Assembly (NCBI GenBank): GCA_025362395.1
Contig: JANYGK010000063.1
Coordinates: 28,955-92,954, forward strand
Source of the DNA: Bacteroidota bacterium
Lineage (GTDB): Bacteria > Bacteroidota > Bacteroidia > B-17B0 > Aurantibacillaceae
Length of the DNA stretch: 64,000 nt
Reading direction: 5' to 3'
Under the pieces are notes generated by a model. The model was not told the DNA's origin, ran no database searches, and saw only the letters and a list, made by a program, of their open reading frames with translations. Below are positions 54,132 to 63,601 of the stretch, piece after piece; position 1 is the stretch's first letter; each line of letters begins with the position of its first letter. Made by a program: the position numbers and the translations under genes.

Positions 54132-56183
54132 TTAAAAAAATAGTCCCACAGCCAAGTCTATTAATTTAATGCCTATAAAAGGCACAATAACGCCGCCTAA
54201 GCCATATATGATTAAGTTGCGACGTAACAATGCGCTTGCTCCGATAGGCTTGTACTCTACGCCCCGTAATGCCAATGGAATGAGTATGGGAATTATTAGG
54301 GCGTTAAATATTACTGCTGACAGTATAGCGCTTTCGGGTGTTTTTAAATTCATAATATTTAATCCTTGTAATGCGGGAATAGATGTAATAAATAATGCGG
54401 GAACGATTGCAAAATATTTAGCCACATCGTTTGCAATAGAAAATGTAGTAAGTGTACCACGTGTAATTAAAAGTTGTTTTCCTATTTCTACTATTTCTAT
54501 AAGCTTTGTAGGATCGTTATCCAAGTCAACCATATTACCGGCTTCTTTGGCTGCCTGGGTTCCGCTGTTCATCGCTACACCAACATCGGCCTGCGCTAGA
54601 GCGGGAGCATCGTTTGTGCCGTCGCCCATCATTGCCACCAGCTTGCCTTGCTGTTGCTCATTTTTAATGTAGTTCATTTTATCCTCGGGTTTAGCCTCTG
54701 CAATAAAATCGTCAACCCCGGCTTTCTCTGCAATAAATTTGGCAGTTAAAGGATTATCACCCGTAACCATTACTGTTTTAATTCCCATTTTGCGTAAGCG
54801 TTCAAACCGTTCCCGGATACCGGGTTTAATAATATCCTGCAATTCAATAACACCAATTACTTTTTCGTTTTCACAAACCACTAAGGGCGTACCCCCATTG
54901 CTTGAAATTAGTTTTACTCTTTCCGCAATTTCACCCGGGAAGTTATTCCCTGCTTTTTCACATAATTTTTTTATAGAATCGGAAGCACCTTTCCTGATGC
55001 GGATTTTACCGGCTTCATAATCAATACCGCTGCTACGCGTTTCTGCCGTAAACTTTATAAATTGAGGATCTTCTGTTTCAAATTCCGATTTAGAAAATCC
55101 TGATAATTCTATAATTGATTTTCCTTCGGGTGTTTCATCAGAGATAGAACTTAGTGCGCAGGCTTTAATAAATTGTTTTTCACCTATACCGTGAGCCGGG
55201 TAAAAATGGGTGGCCTTTCTGTTACCTATGGTAATTGTACCGGTTTTATCTAAAAGCAATACATCAATATCACCGGCTGTTTCAACCGCTTTGCCTGATT
55301 TAGTAATTACGTTTGCCCTTAATGCCCTATCCATGCCGGCTATACCGATAGCGGAAAGTAAGCCGCCGATGGTAGTTGGTATTAAACACACAAATAAGGA
55401 AATTAACGCAGCTATTGTAATAGGTGTATTTGCATAATCGGCAAAGGGTTTTAAGGTGACACAAACAATTATAAATACTAATGTAAAGCCCGCTAACAGA
55501 ATAGTTAAAGCTATTTCATTAGGTGTTTTTTGCCTGCTTGCTCCTTCTACCAAAGCAATCATTTTATCTAAAAACGATTCGCCCGGCTCCGTTGTTACTT
55601 TAACTATAATTCTATCACTTAATACTTTTGTACCTCCGGTAACCGAACTTTTATCTCCGCCGGCTTCACGAATAACAGGAGCGCTTTCCCCCGTTATAGC
55701 CGATTCATCTATTGTTGCTAAGCCATGAATAATTTCGCCGTCTGTTGGAATCGTATCTCCTTCAATGCAGAAAAAAAGATCATTTTTTTTCAGTTGTGAA
55801 GAGGGAATAATCTCCAAATGATCAGAATCCATTTTATTTGGATCTACTACTTTTTTAGCAGGAGTTTCTTCCCTGGTCTTTCTGAGTGATTCTGCCTGCG
55901 CCTTGCCGCGCGCTTCTGCAATGGCTTCCGCGAAATTGGCAAATAAAAGTGTTAGGAGTAATACAAAAAATACAACTACGTTATATGTCAAACTTCCTTG
56001 TGAACCGTTATTGTTAAATAGAATACTGATGCATACATATAACATAACGCATGTTCCTATTTCAACCGTAAACATCACAGGGTTTTTTATCATCTGCTTT
56101 GGATTGAGTTTGATGAACGATTGTATAAAGGCCTCTGATATAAGCTCTTTCTGAAACAATGATTTATTTTGAGAAGGGGTCAT
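54132..56183 (-). CDS. kdpB: potassium-transporting ATPase subunit KdpB (P-type ATPase)
   Basis: LLLDKTGTITIGNR phosphorylation site, ITGESAPV, MVTGDNPLTA, MGDGTNDAPALAQADVG. Confidence 0.97.
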   Translation of the reverse strand: MTPSQNKSLFQKELISEAFIQSFIKLNPKQMIKNPVMFTVEIGTCVMLYVCISILFNNNGSQGSLTYNVVVFFVLLLTLLFANFAEAIAEARGKAQAESLRKTREETPAKKVVDPNKMDSDHLEIIPSSQLKKNDLFFCIEGDTIPTDGEIIHGLATIDESAITGESAPVIREAGGDKSSVTGGTKVLSDRIIVKVTTEPGESFLDKMIALVEGASRQKTPNEIALTILLAGFTLVFIIVCVTLKPFADYANTPITIAALISLFVCLIPTTIGGLLSAIGIAGMDRALRANVITKSGKAVETAGDIDVLLLDKTGTITIGNRKATHFYPAHGIGEKQFIKACALSSISDETPEGKSIIELSGFSKSEFETEDPQFIKFTAETRSSGIDYEAGKIRIRKGASDSIKKLCEKAGNNFPGEIAERVKLISSNGGTPLVVCENEKVIGVIELQDIIKPGIRERFERLRKMGIKTVMVTGDNPLTAKFIAEKAGVDDFIAEAKPEDKMNYIKNEQQQGKLVAMMGDGTNDAPALAQADVGVAMNSGTQAAKEAGNMVDLDNDPTKLIEIVEIGKQLLITRGTLTTFSIANDVAKYFAIVPALFITSIPALQGLNIMNLKTPESAILSAVIFNALIIPILIPLALRGVEYKPIGASALLRRNLIIYGLGGVIVPFIGIKLIDLAVGLFF

Positions 56184-56195
56184 AGTAACTAATAA

Positions 56196-57896
56196 TTAAT
56201 GATGGTATAGGGTGAAATACTCTGCTAAAGGCCCAAGGACTAAAGCAGGGAAAAAGGCCAACGCCGCTATGATCATAATAACGGCATAGGTCATAATGCC
56301 AAATGTTCCTGTATCTGTTCTTAATGTTCCCGCTGATTCGGGGATGAATTTTTTGCGGGCTAAAATTCCTGCAATAGCAACCGGACCTATGATTGGCAGG
56401 AACCGCCCAATAATTAATACAAAACCAGTTGTAATATTCCAAAACCAATTATTATCTCCGAGCCCTTCAAAACCACTGCCGTTATTAGCTGCGCTTGATG
56501 TATATTCATACAACATTTCGGAAAAGCCGTGATACCCGGGATTATTTAACCAACCTACCGAGGGATCTTTAGTATACATATAAGAGGAAATTGCGGTACC
56601 GACTAAAATTAAAAACGGATGAAGTAACGCAATCATCGTTGCTATTTTCATTTCACGCGCTTCTATTTTTCTTCCTAAAAATTCGGGAGTACGGCCAACC
56701 ATTAAGCCTGAAATAAATACAGCTATGATCATAAAAATATAATAGTTTAAAATACCTACACCGCATCCGCCGTAAAAAGCGTTTGTCATCATTCCCAATA
56801 ATTGCATAGTTCCGGAAACAGGCATAGAGCTATCATGCATGGAATTAACAGACCCTGTTGAAATAATGGTGGTAAGCACACTCCAGTAAGCTGATGCACT
56901 TGCTCCAAAACGGACCTCTTTCCCCTCCATACTTCCTCCACTCTGGTCAATTCCCATTTTTGTAATAGCAGGATTACCCGATGTTTCAGCAATCATTGTA
57001 GGAATCAAAAAAGAAATCATACCTATGGTCATAACTCCAAAAATAACATAAGCCATTTTTTTTCGGTTAAGATAAAATCCTAATGCAAATATTAATGCTA
57101 ACGGAATTAATACCTGTGCAATCATCTCTACCATATTGGTAAGGTAGTTTGGATTCTCTAAAGGGTGAGCTGAGTTAGCTCCAAACCAACCGCCACCATT
57201 GGTTCCAAGGTGTTTAATACCTATCATACCGGCAGCGGGGCCACGCGATACCTGAACTGTATCACCCTGTAATGTATGAATGGTATCTTTACCCGCAAAG
57301 CTTGCCGGCGTTCCGTTAAATACAAGAATTAATGCTATAATACTACTTACAGGCAGTAAAATACGTGTAATTGATTTAAGGAACATGTCGAAGAAATTAC
57401 CAAGCCCTTCGGTTGTTTTTTCCTTCATGGCATTAAACACTACTATTAACGCTGCTATACCCGTTGCCGCAGAAACAAATTGCAAGAAGGCGATAACGGC
57501 TAATTGGGTCAGGTAGGTTAAGCCTGTTTCCCCGGAGTAATGTTGTAAGTTGCAATTAACTACAAAACTTATAGCCGTATTAAAACTTAAATCCGGGCTC
57601 ATGGATGGATTGCCGTCGGGATTAAGGAATAAACTGCCCTGTGTTAACAGCATGATAAATGCGTAAACAAACCACAATATATTAATTGAGAGCAATGCAA
57701 TTAAATGTTGTTTCCAATTCATTTGTTTTGTACTGTCGATACCGCATAAGCGAAAAATCGTTTTTTCTACAGGGATGAGAAAATCAAGAATTGTCTTTTC
57801 TCCTTTAAAAACTTTTACAATGTATTTACCAAACGGTATTGCTATTACTATTGTAATTATAAATGTGGCAATAACGCCAATCAATTCTGTATTCAT
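56196..57896 (-). CDS. kdpA: potassium-transporting ATPase subunit KdpA
   Basis: 566 aa polytopic protein with KdpA selectivity-filter-like segments (NCNLQHYSGE, LGTNGGGWFGANSAHP, ANNGSGFEG). Confidence 0.97.
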   Translation of the reverse strand: MNTELIGVIATFIITIVIAIPFGKYIVKVFKGEKTILDFLIPVEKTIFRLCGIDSTKQMNWKQHLIALLSINILWFVYAFIMLLTQGSLFLNPDGNPSMSPDLSFNTAISFVVNCNLQHYSGETGLTYLTQLAVIAFLQFVSAATGIAALIVVFNAMKEKTTEGLGNFFDMFLKSITRILLPVSSIIALILVFNGTPASFAGKDTIHTLQGDTVQVSRGPAAGMIGIKHLGTNGGGWFGANSAHPLENPNYLTNMVEMIAQVLIPLALIFALGFYLNRKKMAYVIFGVMTIGMISFLIPTMIAETSGNPAITKMGIDQSGGSMEGKEVRFGASASAYWSVLTTIISTGSVNSMHDSSMPVSGTMQLLGMMTNAFYGGCGVGILNYYIFMIIAVFISGLMVGRTPEFLGRKIEAREMKIATMIALLHPFLILVGTAISSYMYTKDPSVGWLNNPGYHGFSEMLYEYTSSAANNGSGFEGLGDNNWFWNITTGFVLIIGRFLPIIGPVAIAGILARKKFIPESAGTLRTDTGTFGIMTYAVIMIIAALAFFPALVLGPLAEYFTLYHH

Positions 57897-57914
57897 TTTT
57901 TGATAATTACGATA

Positions 57915-57992
57915 TTAAAATTTTTCAGGCTTCAGTAAAACATAAACCAGGTAACCAAAAACCATCATAGCTAAAATAAGTAGTATTGTCAT
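57915..57992 (-). CDS. kdpF: K+-transporting ATPase subunit F (KdpF), 25 aa
   Basis: Hand translation MTILLILAMMVFGYLVYVLLKPEKF. The C-terminal LLKPEKF is typical of KdpF. Lies 18 nt upstream of kdpA. Below the ORF-track cutoff. Confidence 0.8.
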   Translation of the reverse strand: MTILLILAMMVFGYLVYVLLKPEKF

Positions 57993-58002
57993 AAGTTATA
58001 TT

Positions 58003-58095
58003 TTATATATTTTCTAAAAAGTCAATGCTTTTGGCGAAAAGCCAAAAGCAGAATAAACCGGATGCTATAAGCGTAATTGATAAAAGAGTTTCCAT
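58003..58095 (-). CDS. possible second small hydrophobic peptide (30 aa) at the head of the kdp operon
   Basis: Hand translation METLLSITLIASGLFCFWLFAKSIDFLENI, one TM-length segment. Its stop lies 10 nt before the kdpF ATG. Confidence 0.35.
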   Translation of the reverse strand: METLLSITLIASGLFCFWLFAKSIDFLENI

Positions 58096-58140
58096 TTTAT
58101 ATTTTTATTTAAGATAAATATCTATGTTTTTGCGTTTAAA

Positions 58141-58181
58141 CAATTGTATAATTTTGTGTAATATTTACACAATTCACATAC
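58141..58181 (-). promoter_or_regulatory. kdp upstream control region: 17 bp perfect palindrome plus TGTGAATT-type motif
   Basis: TGTGTAATATTTACACA at 58155..58171. The reverse complement of 58164..58178 is TGTGAATTGTGTAAA. AATTATACAATT (reverse complement of 58142..58153) is identical to part of the 4642 site. Confidence 0.45.
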
Positions 58182-58214
58182 TTTTAGAGTGAGATTTTAT
58201 TACACTATTATTAA

Positions 58215-58631
58215 CTAAATTCCACTTGCGCAAACTTGCCTCTTATATTCTTCTTTTAATAAACTAGTTAATAAGCTTTTTACTTTTAAGCTTACAGGAG
58301 TTGTATAATTCAATATTGAGGAAAGAGAATATAAATAGCCATTCTCTATAGCATTTTTAACTGTACTGTTTCCGTTTTTCAACATATTTTCTGCTACATT
58401 AAAGCAATGCTTTACCTCTTTAAAATCACCTTTATTCACAAGGTATTTTGTGAAATTGGCGAAGCATGTCATTGCTTTATATATATTATTTACATTCTCT
58501 GTTTTTTCAAGTGACGGATTTATTTCAGGTAATTCATTACCAAGTAAATCAAGTATTTCATTTTCTTTAATCATGTGAGTGTTTATTGTTAAATCAATTT
58601 TAGTTTTTAATAATTCAAATGTTGAGTTCAT
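58215..58631 (-). CDS. hypothetical protein (all-helical, family not recognised)
   Basis: 138 aa soluble ORF between the response-regulator gene and the kdp operon. Confidence 0.55.
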   Translation of the reverse strand: MNSTFELLKTKIDLTINTHMIKENEILDLLGNELPEINPSLEKTENVNNIYKAMTCFANFTKYLVNKGDFKEVKHCFNVAENMLKNGNSTVKNAIENGYLYSLSSILNYTTPVSLKVKSLLTSLLKEEYKRQVCASGI

Positions 58632-58641
58632 AATTTTTATT

Positions 58642-58758
58642 TTAAGTAGTTAATACTATTCTAACCAATAAGCCAACGGCAGCCAATACAATAAATAGTC
58701 CATGTATAATGTGATGCGATTGAATATTATTCTTTTCTAATACGTTTAAAATTTTCAT
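58642..58758 (-). CDS. possible small membrane peptide (38 aa)
   Basis: Hand translation MKILNVLEKNNIQSHHIIHGLFIVLAAVGLLVRIVLTT. It ends 10 nt before the start of the 138 aa ORF. Preceded by a TGTGAATT-type motif at 58789..58800. Confidence 0.3.
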   Translation of the reverse strand: MKILNVLEKNNIQSHHIIHGLFIVLAAVGLLVRIVLTT

Positions 58759-58889
58759 TTTAATGAAGTTGAATTGATGCTATCATGCCAATTCACATAC
58801 CTAAACCGGGTAAGGGTGTATAATCATCCCTACTCTGTTTATTTTCAACATATTACAAAAATGACGAAGGATTTAATAAAAGTAAAAAA

Positions 58890-58908
58890 CCCTTCCAAAA
58901 TGGAAGGG
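58890..58908. terminator. bidirectional hairpin terminator downstream of the response-regulator gene
   Basis: CCCTTCCA-AAA-TGGAAGGG flanked by A6 on the left and T6 on the right. Confidence 0.8.
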
Positions 58909-58928
58909 TTTTTTAAAATGACAGGATA

Positions 58929-60281
58929 TTATTTTTCTATATGATACTCCTCCATTTTTCGATAAAGTGTTGTTAAGCCAATTCCGAGTAATTCAGCGGC
59001 TTTGGTTTTATTACCTTTTGAGAATAGCAATATTTTATTGATATGAATTTTCTCCATACCGGCAAGGCTTGTAATAGAGTTATCTGCAACTGAACATTCA
59101 TTATTTAATATTTCCACCGGTAATAAATCACTAGTAAGGGTTTCACTTTCGGCTAATATTACTGCTCTCTCAATACAATTTTTTAATTCCCTGATATTTC
59201 CTTTCCATTCATTTTTCTTTATAAGATTCAAGAAATCCTTATCAATATGTGAAACGCGTTTTTTAAGTTTTATAGAATATACATTTAAAAAATGCAGGGC
59301 TAATTTTTCAAGGTCTTCTTTTCTTTCTTTTAAAGAAGGAATAATAATTTTAAACGTTGCAAGCCTGTAGTATAAATCTAACCTAAAGTTTTCCTTTTCG
59401 CTTTCCTTTTTTAAATTGCGGTTAGTTGCTGCAATTACTCTTACATTAACCTTTGTAGGTTTTGTATCTCCTACCTTTATAAAGGTTTGTGTTTCTAAAA
59501 CTCTTAGCAATTTAGCCTGAAGTTCAAGATTCATTTCTCCCATTTCATCCAAAAAAATAGTTCCTTCATTTGCTTCTTCAAACAAACCTTTTTTATCGGC
59601 AAAGGCACCGGTAAAAGCTCCTTTTTTATGCCCGAATAATTCGCTCTCCAGTAAATCTTTTGCAAAAGAACTGCAATTAACCGCTACAAACGAATTATTT
59701 TTTCGCGGGCTGCCATAATGAATGGCCTGTGCAAACAATTCTTTTCCTACTCCGGTTTCTCCTTCTAAAAGTACTGTCGAATCAGTTGGGGCTACTTTTT
59801 TTGCCAGTGAAACAGTACTTTTTATCGCTTCTGAATTTCCAATAATAATATCAAAACCATATTTAGCCTCCAACTTATATTCCAGTTCGTAAATACGCTT
59901 TTGTAATTTAATTTTATCTGCGGCACGGTTTAATGCAGGAATAATCTGATCGTTATCATCCCCTTTTGTAAAATAGTCAAACGCCCCCAATTTTATTGCT
60001 TTAACACCATCCTGTATGGTACTAAAGGCAGTCATAACAATAATTTCACAAACAGGATTAATTTCTTTTATTTTTTCTAAAATATCAATTCCGTTCCCGT
60101 CAGGCAGCTTAACATCTGTTAAAATTATATCAATATTCTTTTCACGCTGAATAACTTTTAATCCCTGAGCTATATTAGCTGCTTCAATAACATTAAAGCC
60201 GTCTAAAGAAATTATTCGTGTAAGTAATTGACGAAATTTTTCTTCATCATCAATGATTAGTATATTGGGTGTTGACATCAT
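58929..60281 (-). CDS. sigma54-dependent (NtrC-family) response regulator, presumed partner of the split KdpD sensor
   Basis: REC domain (ILIIDDEE...TDVKLPDG), AAA+ sigma54-interaction domain (GETGVGKE, GAFTGA, ESELFGH), C-terminal Fis-type HTH (AAELLGIGLTTLYRKM). ATG at 60281 preferred over the TTG at 60320. Confidence 0.9.
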   Translation of the reverse strand: MMSTPNILIIDDEEKFRQLLTRIISLDGFNVIEAANIAQGLKVIQREKNIDIILTDVKLPDGNGIDILEKIKEINPVCEIIVMTAFSTIQDGVKAIKLGAFDYFTKGDDNDQIIPALNRAADKIKLQKRIYELEYKLEAKYGFDIIIGNSEAIKSTVSLAKKVAPTDSTVLLEGETGVGKELFAQAIHYGSPRKNNSFVAVNCSSFAKDLLESELFGHKKGAFTGAFADKKGLFEEANEGTIFLDEMGEMNLELQAKLLRVLETQTFIKVGDTKPTKVNVRVIAATNRNLKKESEKENFRLDLYYRLATFKIIIPSLKERKEDLEKLALHFLNVYSIKLKKRVSHIDKDFLNLIKKNEWKGNIRELKNCIERAVILAESETLTSDLLPVEILNNECSVADNSITSLAGMEKIHINKILLFSKGNKTKAAELLGIGLTTLYRKMEEYHIEK

Positions 60282-60363
60282 ATAATTAAGTAACGATACA
60301 AATTTGAGAAAATAAATCAATATAGTTTATAAATTTTTATCAGGACGAAAGTAAAAAAATCAC

Positions 60364-60500
60364 TTAATTAAAAGATTGCCTGAATTCTAAAGGAGAAAGA
60401 TTCGTTTTACTTTTAAATAATTTACTAAATGATAGGGAATGCTCAAAACCAATTGGTAGGCAATTTCGCTAATAGATAGAGAATAAAAACATCTCTTCTT
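60364..60500 (-). pseudogene. relic of an AraC-family regulator (C-terminal HTH only)
   Basis: The minus strand reads ...LPIGFEHSLSFSKLFKSKTNLSPLEFRQSFN*, a typical Bacteroidota AraC C-terminus, with stops and frameshifts immediately upstream. Confidence 0.6.
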
Positions 60501-60610
60501 TTTTTAACAAAGTTAAGGCCCATATTTTTCATAATCCACCGCTACAGTCTAACAAGCGCTAATTTGTTTTTCTTCCATTTCTCTGTTTTTATATTATTTA
60601 TAAATTAAAT

Positions 60611-61384
60611 CTATTTAAAAGAGTTAGCGCCTACTTTGCTTGTTTGAGCGAGGATAAATTTTGGTGCGAGCCTACTCATTATTTTTAATACACGGGCAAT
60701 ACCGGGATAAATTTCAAACCGGTCTTTTTGTAATCCATTAATAGCAACTGCTATTAGTTTTTCAGGTTTCATTAATGTTTTAGGATTGAAGCCCTCTTCA
60801 TTCATAAATTTATCATTTAACGGAGTACTTGAGGCAGGTGCAAGTAGTTCAAACACTTTTATGTTCGTGTGTTTTAATTGCACACGTAAGGATTGAGTGT
60901 ATGAATGTAATCCCGATTTAGAAGCTCCATAGATTGGAGATAAAGGAAACGGCACTAAGGCGAGTCCTGATGTAATATTCATAACAGCGGCTGATTTCTT
61001 TGTTTTTAAATGAGGAAGAAATTGTTTTACCATTCTAATCGGACCCATTAGATTTATTTCTAGTTCACGGGTAACATCATTCAAATCTATCGAGGAATCC
61101 TGTAAATTGATCTTACACATTTCGCCTGCATTATTTATCAGGAAATTAAGCTGCGGAAACTGTTTAATAACTTCTTCATGGAGTTTAGTTATCGCTTCAG
61201 GATTGCTTACATCACTTTGAAAGGTGTGAACTTTTGGAAATATTTTTTTTGTTTCCTCAAGCTTTACTTGATTTCTTCCGGTTATAATTACTGTATTGCC
61301 AAGGGCAATTAACCTTTTTGTAAGTTCTAAGCCAAACCCACTAGTTCCGCCGGTAATTAGGATTGTGTTATTTTTTAATTCCAT
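60611..61384 (-). CDS. SDR family oxidoreductase
   Basis: TGGTSGFG cofactor motif and YGASK catalytic motif. Start at the internal ATG 61384 (MELKNNTILITGG). Confidence 0.9.
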   Translation of the reverse strand: MELKNNTILITGGTSGFGLELTKRLIALGNTVIITGRNQVKLEETKKIFPKVHTFQSDVSNPEAITKLHEEVIKQFPQLNFLINNAGEMCKINLQDSSIDLNDVTRELEINLMGPIRMVKQFLPHLKTKKSAAVMNITSGLALVPFPLSPIYGASKSGLHSYTQSLRVQLKHTNIKVFELLAPASSTPLNDKFMNEEGFNPKTLMKPEKLIAVAINGLQKDRFEIYPGIARVLKIMSRLAPKFILAQTSKVGANSFK

Positions 61385-61483
61385 AATAATTAATTTAAAA
61401 TTATGGAACAAAGATGCAACCTATACTGAGCTTTTTGTTTGCGAACATCAATCCAATATTTGCAAAATTCAAATAATCGTAAA

Positions 61484-62407
61484 TTACGCTCGAAAAGAAA
61501 CGGGTGTCATTGATGTCTGCTTTCTAAAAAAATTTGAAAAGTGTGCAAGCTCTTCAAATCCCAACGAATAAGAAATCTCTGATATATTCCAATCAGTTTG
61601 TTTTAATAAAATCTTAGCCTCTTGTGTAATACGGCTACTTATGATATCGGTAGTAGTTTTGCCGGTATTTTCTTTTAACACTTTATTCAAGTGATTTACG
61701 TGTATAGAAAGCCTCTCTGCAAAATCTTTAGCGGTACGCAACATCAATTTTTGATGTGGCGATTCTATTGGAAACTGTCTTTCCAACAATTCAATAAATA
61801 ATGAAGAAACACGTTCAGAAGCATTATGTGCAGGATATAAAGCAGAAGCAGGCTGTAATTTTTGACCGTAATGAATTAACTCTAATACATAATTGCGAAG
61901 CAGGTCATATTTGAAAGAGTAATCGGAGGATAGCTCTTTAAACATCTTCTCAAATATTAAAGTAAGCTCTTTTGATTCTTTTGCGGAAATTTGAAATACA
62001 GGATAACCCCCCGGTTTAAAAATAGGGAGATCATCTAATATAACACCACTTTTATTTCTAACTAAAAATTCATCTGTAAAAATACAGAAGTAACCTGATT
62101 GCTTATCGTTTTGCGGTACCCAATGATATGGGACTTTTGGGGTGGCAAACAGGAGGGCATGTTTATCAATATCAATTACTTTATCGGCGTACTCTGCTAT
62201 ATTCTTACCATTAATTAAACTAATTTTATAATAAGCCCTTCTATTATAAGGCATAAAAGGTTTTATTTTGTATTTAGCGACCATATCATCTACTTTAAAG
62301 ATATTGAAGTGTCCGATTTCTTTACTGATACCTTCGGGAATATTGGCAGATATTTGTTTGTAAAATTCTGTAAGGCTTGTGCTTTTAATATCTGTCATAG
62401 TTTGCAA
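61484..62407 (-). CDS. AraC family transcriptional regulator
   Basis: C-terminal double HTH (...SEISYSLGFEELAHFSNFFRKQTSMTPVSFR). Sits upstream of the SDR gene, a common pairing. Confidence 0.9.
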   Translation of the reverse strand: MQTMTDIKSTSLTEFYKQISANIPEGISKEIGHFNIFKVDDMVAKYKIKPFMPYNRRAYYKISLINGKNIAEYADKVIDIDKHALLFATPKVPYHWVPQNDKQSGYFCIFTDEFLVRNKSGVILDDLPIFKPGGYPVFQISAKESKELTLIFEKMFKELSSDYSFKYDLLRNYVLELIHYGQKLQPASALYPAHNASERVSSLFIELLERQFPIESPHQKLMLRTAKDFAERLSIHVNHLNKVLKENTGKTTTDIISSRITQEAKILLKQTDWNISEISYSLGFEELAHFSNFFRKQTSMTPVSFRA

Positions 62408-62473
62408 AATTCAAATATTCAAATGTATAACAATAAAGTGGAGGATTCCTAATCAGTTCCCATTAAGCCTCAT

Positions 62474-62656
62474 TTGCATTCTTCTTTTGTTCCAACAACT
62501 CCTTTTGGCGTAAGCCGGAATAGTTTCTTCTATCATTGCCAAGACGATGAAGAGATTCCTTTTTCTAACCTGAACCATTACAAGCAAAAACTTACTCAAG
62601 CGACATTTCGTGAATGGAAAAAGGCTGACACCAGCTTAATGGCGATTTATCTTTAG
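62474..62656 (+). pseudogene. possible relic of an alpha/beta-hydrolase C-terminus
   Basis: FFYHCQDDEEIPFSNLNHYKQKL...REWKKA resembles the Asp-loop to His-loop region of YdeN/RBBP9-like serine hydrolases. No upstream coding continuity. Confidence 0.25.
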
Positions 62657-62881
62657 TAGCCGGCGACATAAAATCCCTTTAAATAAACTTAATTAGTAAT
62701 TTGCTTGCAGTCTTTTAAGAGGTGTTTTCTAAACAAATGAAATGTGAAACTATTTTGTCAGCTTTACAACAAGTATCAACATAAATGTGATATAATACTG
62801 TTTGTATTTTACTCTGTTTATATTTCGCCCTTTTTACAATTTTCACTATGTGCATATTAGCTTAGTATTAATCTGACAATA

Positions 62882-63307
62882 TTAGTTTTTGTTATTTTTG
62901 TTTTGCCTTATCTGAACAAGCACACTTAACGCAAATGCGGCGGCTGACGCTGTAAATACCGAGTAATCTAATGGAACTTTAATACTTTTGGAAAATGTCA
63001 TTGATAAAGCAAATAATAAAAGTAACACACTACTTGCTTTAGCTACCCAATTCGTTTTAAAATTCGTAAGTAACAAAACACCCAAAGTAATTTCTAAACC
63101 TGTTGCGGCATACGCAAGGAAGGAAACTAAACTATTCGTAGCAAATGGAATTAAACTGTTGGTATAATCCACAAAATTTTTCCAATTACCCCAAGCTGAA
63201 ACTTCTTTTGGCCACATGCCAAAGCGATCCGCGCTCGCAGATAAAAATCCCGCACTCAACGCAATTCGTAAAAACCATTCTGCAATTTTATTCTCTGATA
63301 CTTTCAT
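62882..63307 (-). CDS. DoxX family membrane protein
   Basis: 141 aa, four TM segments, RIALSAGFLSA.ADRFG start typical of DoxX-like proteins. Confidence 0.75.
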   Translation of the reverse strand: MKVSENKIAEWFLRIALSAGFLSASADRFGMWPKEVSAWGNWKNFVDYTNSLIPFATNSLVSFLAYAATGLEITLGVLLLTNFKTNWVAKASSVLLLLFALSMTFSKSIKVPLDYSVFTASAAAFALSVLVQIRQNKNNKN

Positions 63308-63601
63308 TTTTAATACATTAATGTTTTTGACGTAATTATTTTTGTGCTTTTATAGGTACAATATTACTAATAAAGTAATGTAGAAATCTTTTTATCAGGT
63401 CATGCAGGTTTAAACTATTTAATCGAAAAAGTCTACCTTTACAAGCTAAATTACAAACTATTCCATGCTCCTTAGTAAACATCATCATCTATTAAAGAAT
63501 AAATTAGAGCGCACCAATTAATTCCTTAGTAACCTAATGTTATGATTATGAAAATCAAATAATATCGAAATATATTTTTGTATAATTTTGCAATTGAATA
63601 A

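Noticed and set aside
54169-54672. 167 aa plus-strand ORF, and similar ORFs at 54739, 55210, 55456 and 55903, inside kdpB
   Set aside because: They are antisense to a strongly supported, motif-complete kdpB. The same applies to the antisense ORFs inside the P-type ATPase (8347..9384), lon, kup, kdpA and lpdA.
58785-58800. TTGGCATGATAGCATC (minus strand) as a sigma54 -24/-12 promoter for the kdp region
   Set aside because: The GG to GC spacing is 7 nt instead of the canonical 10, and the -12 element lacks TTGC. The 5' part is better explained as a copy of the GTATGTGAATTG motif.
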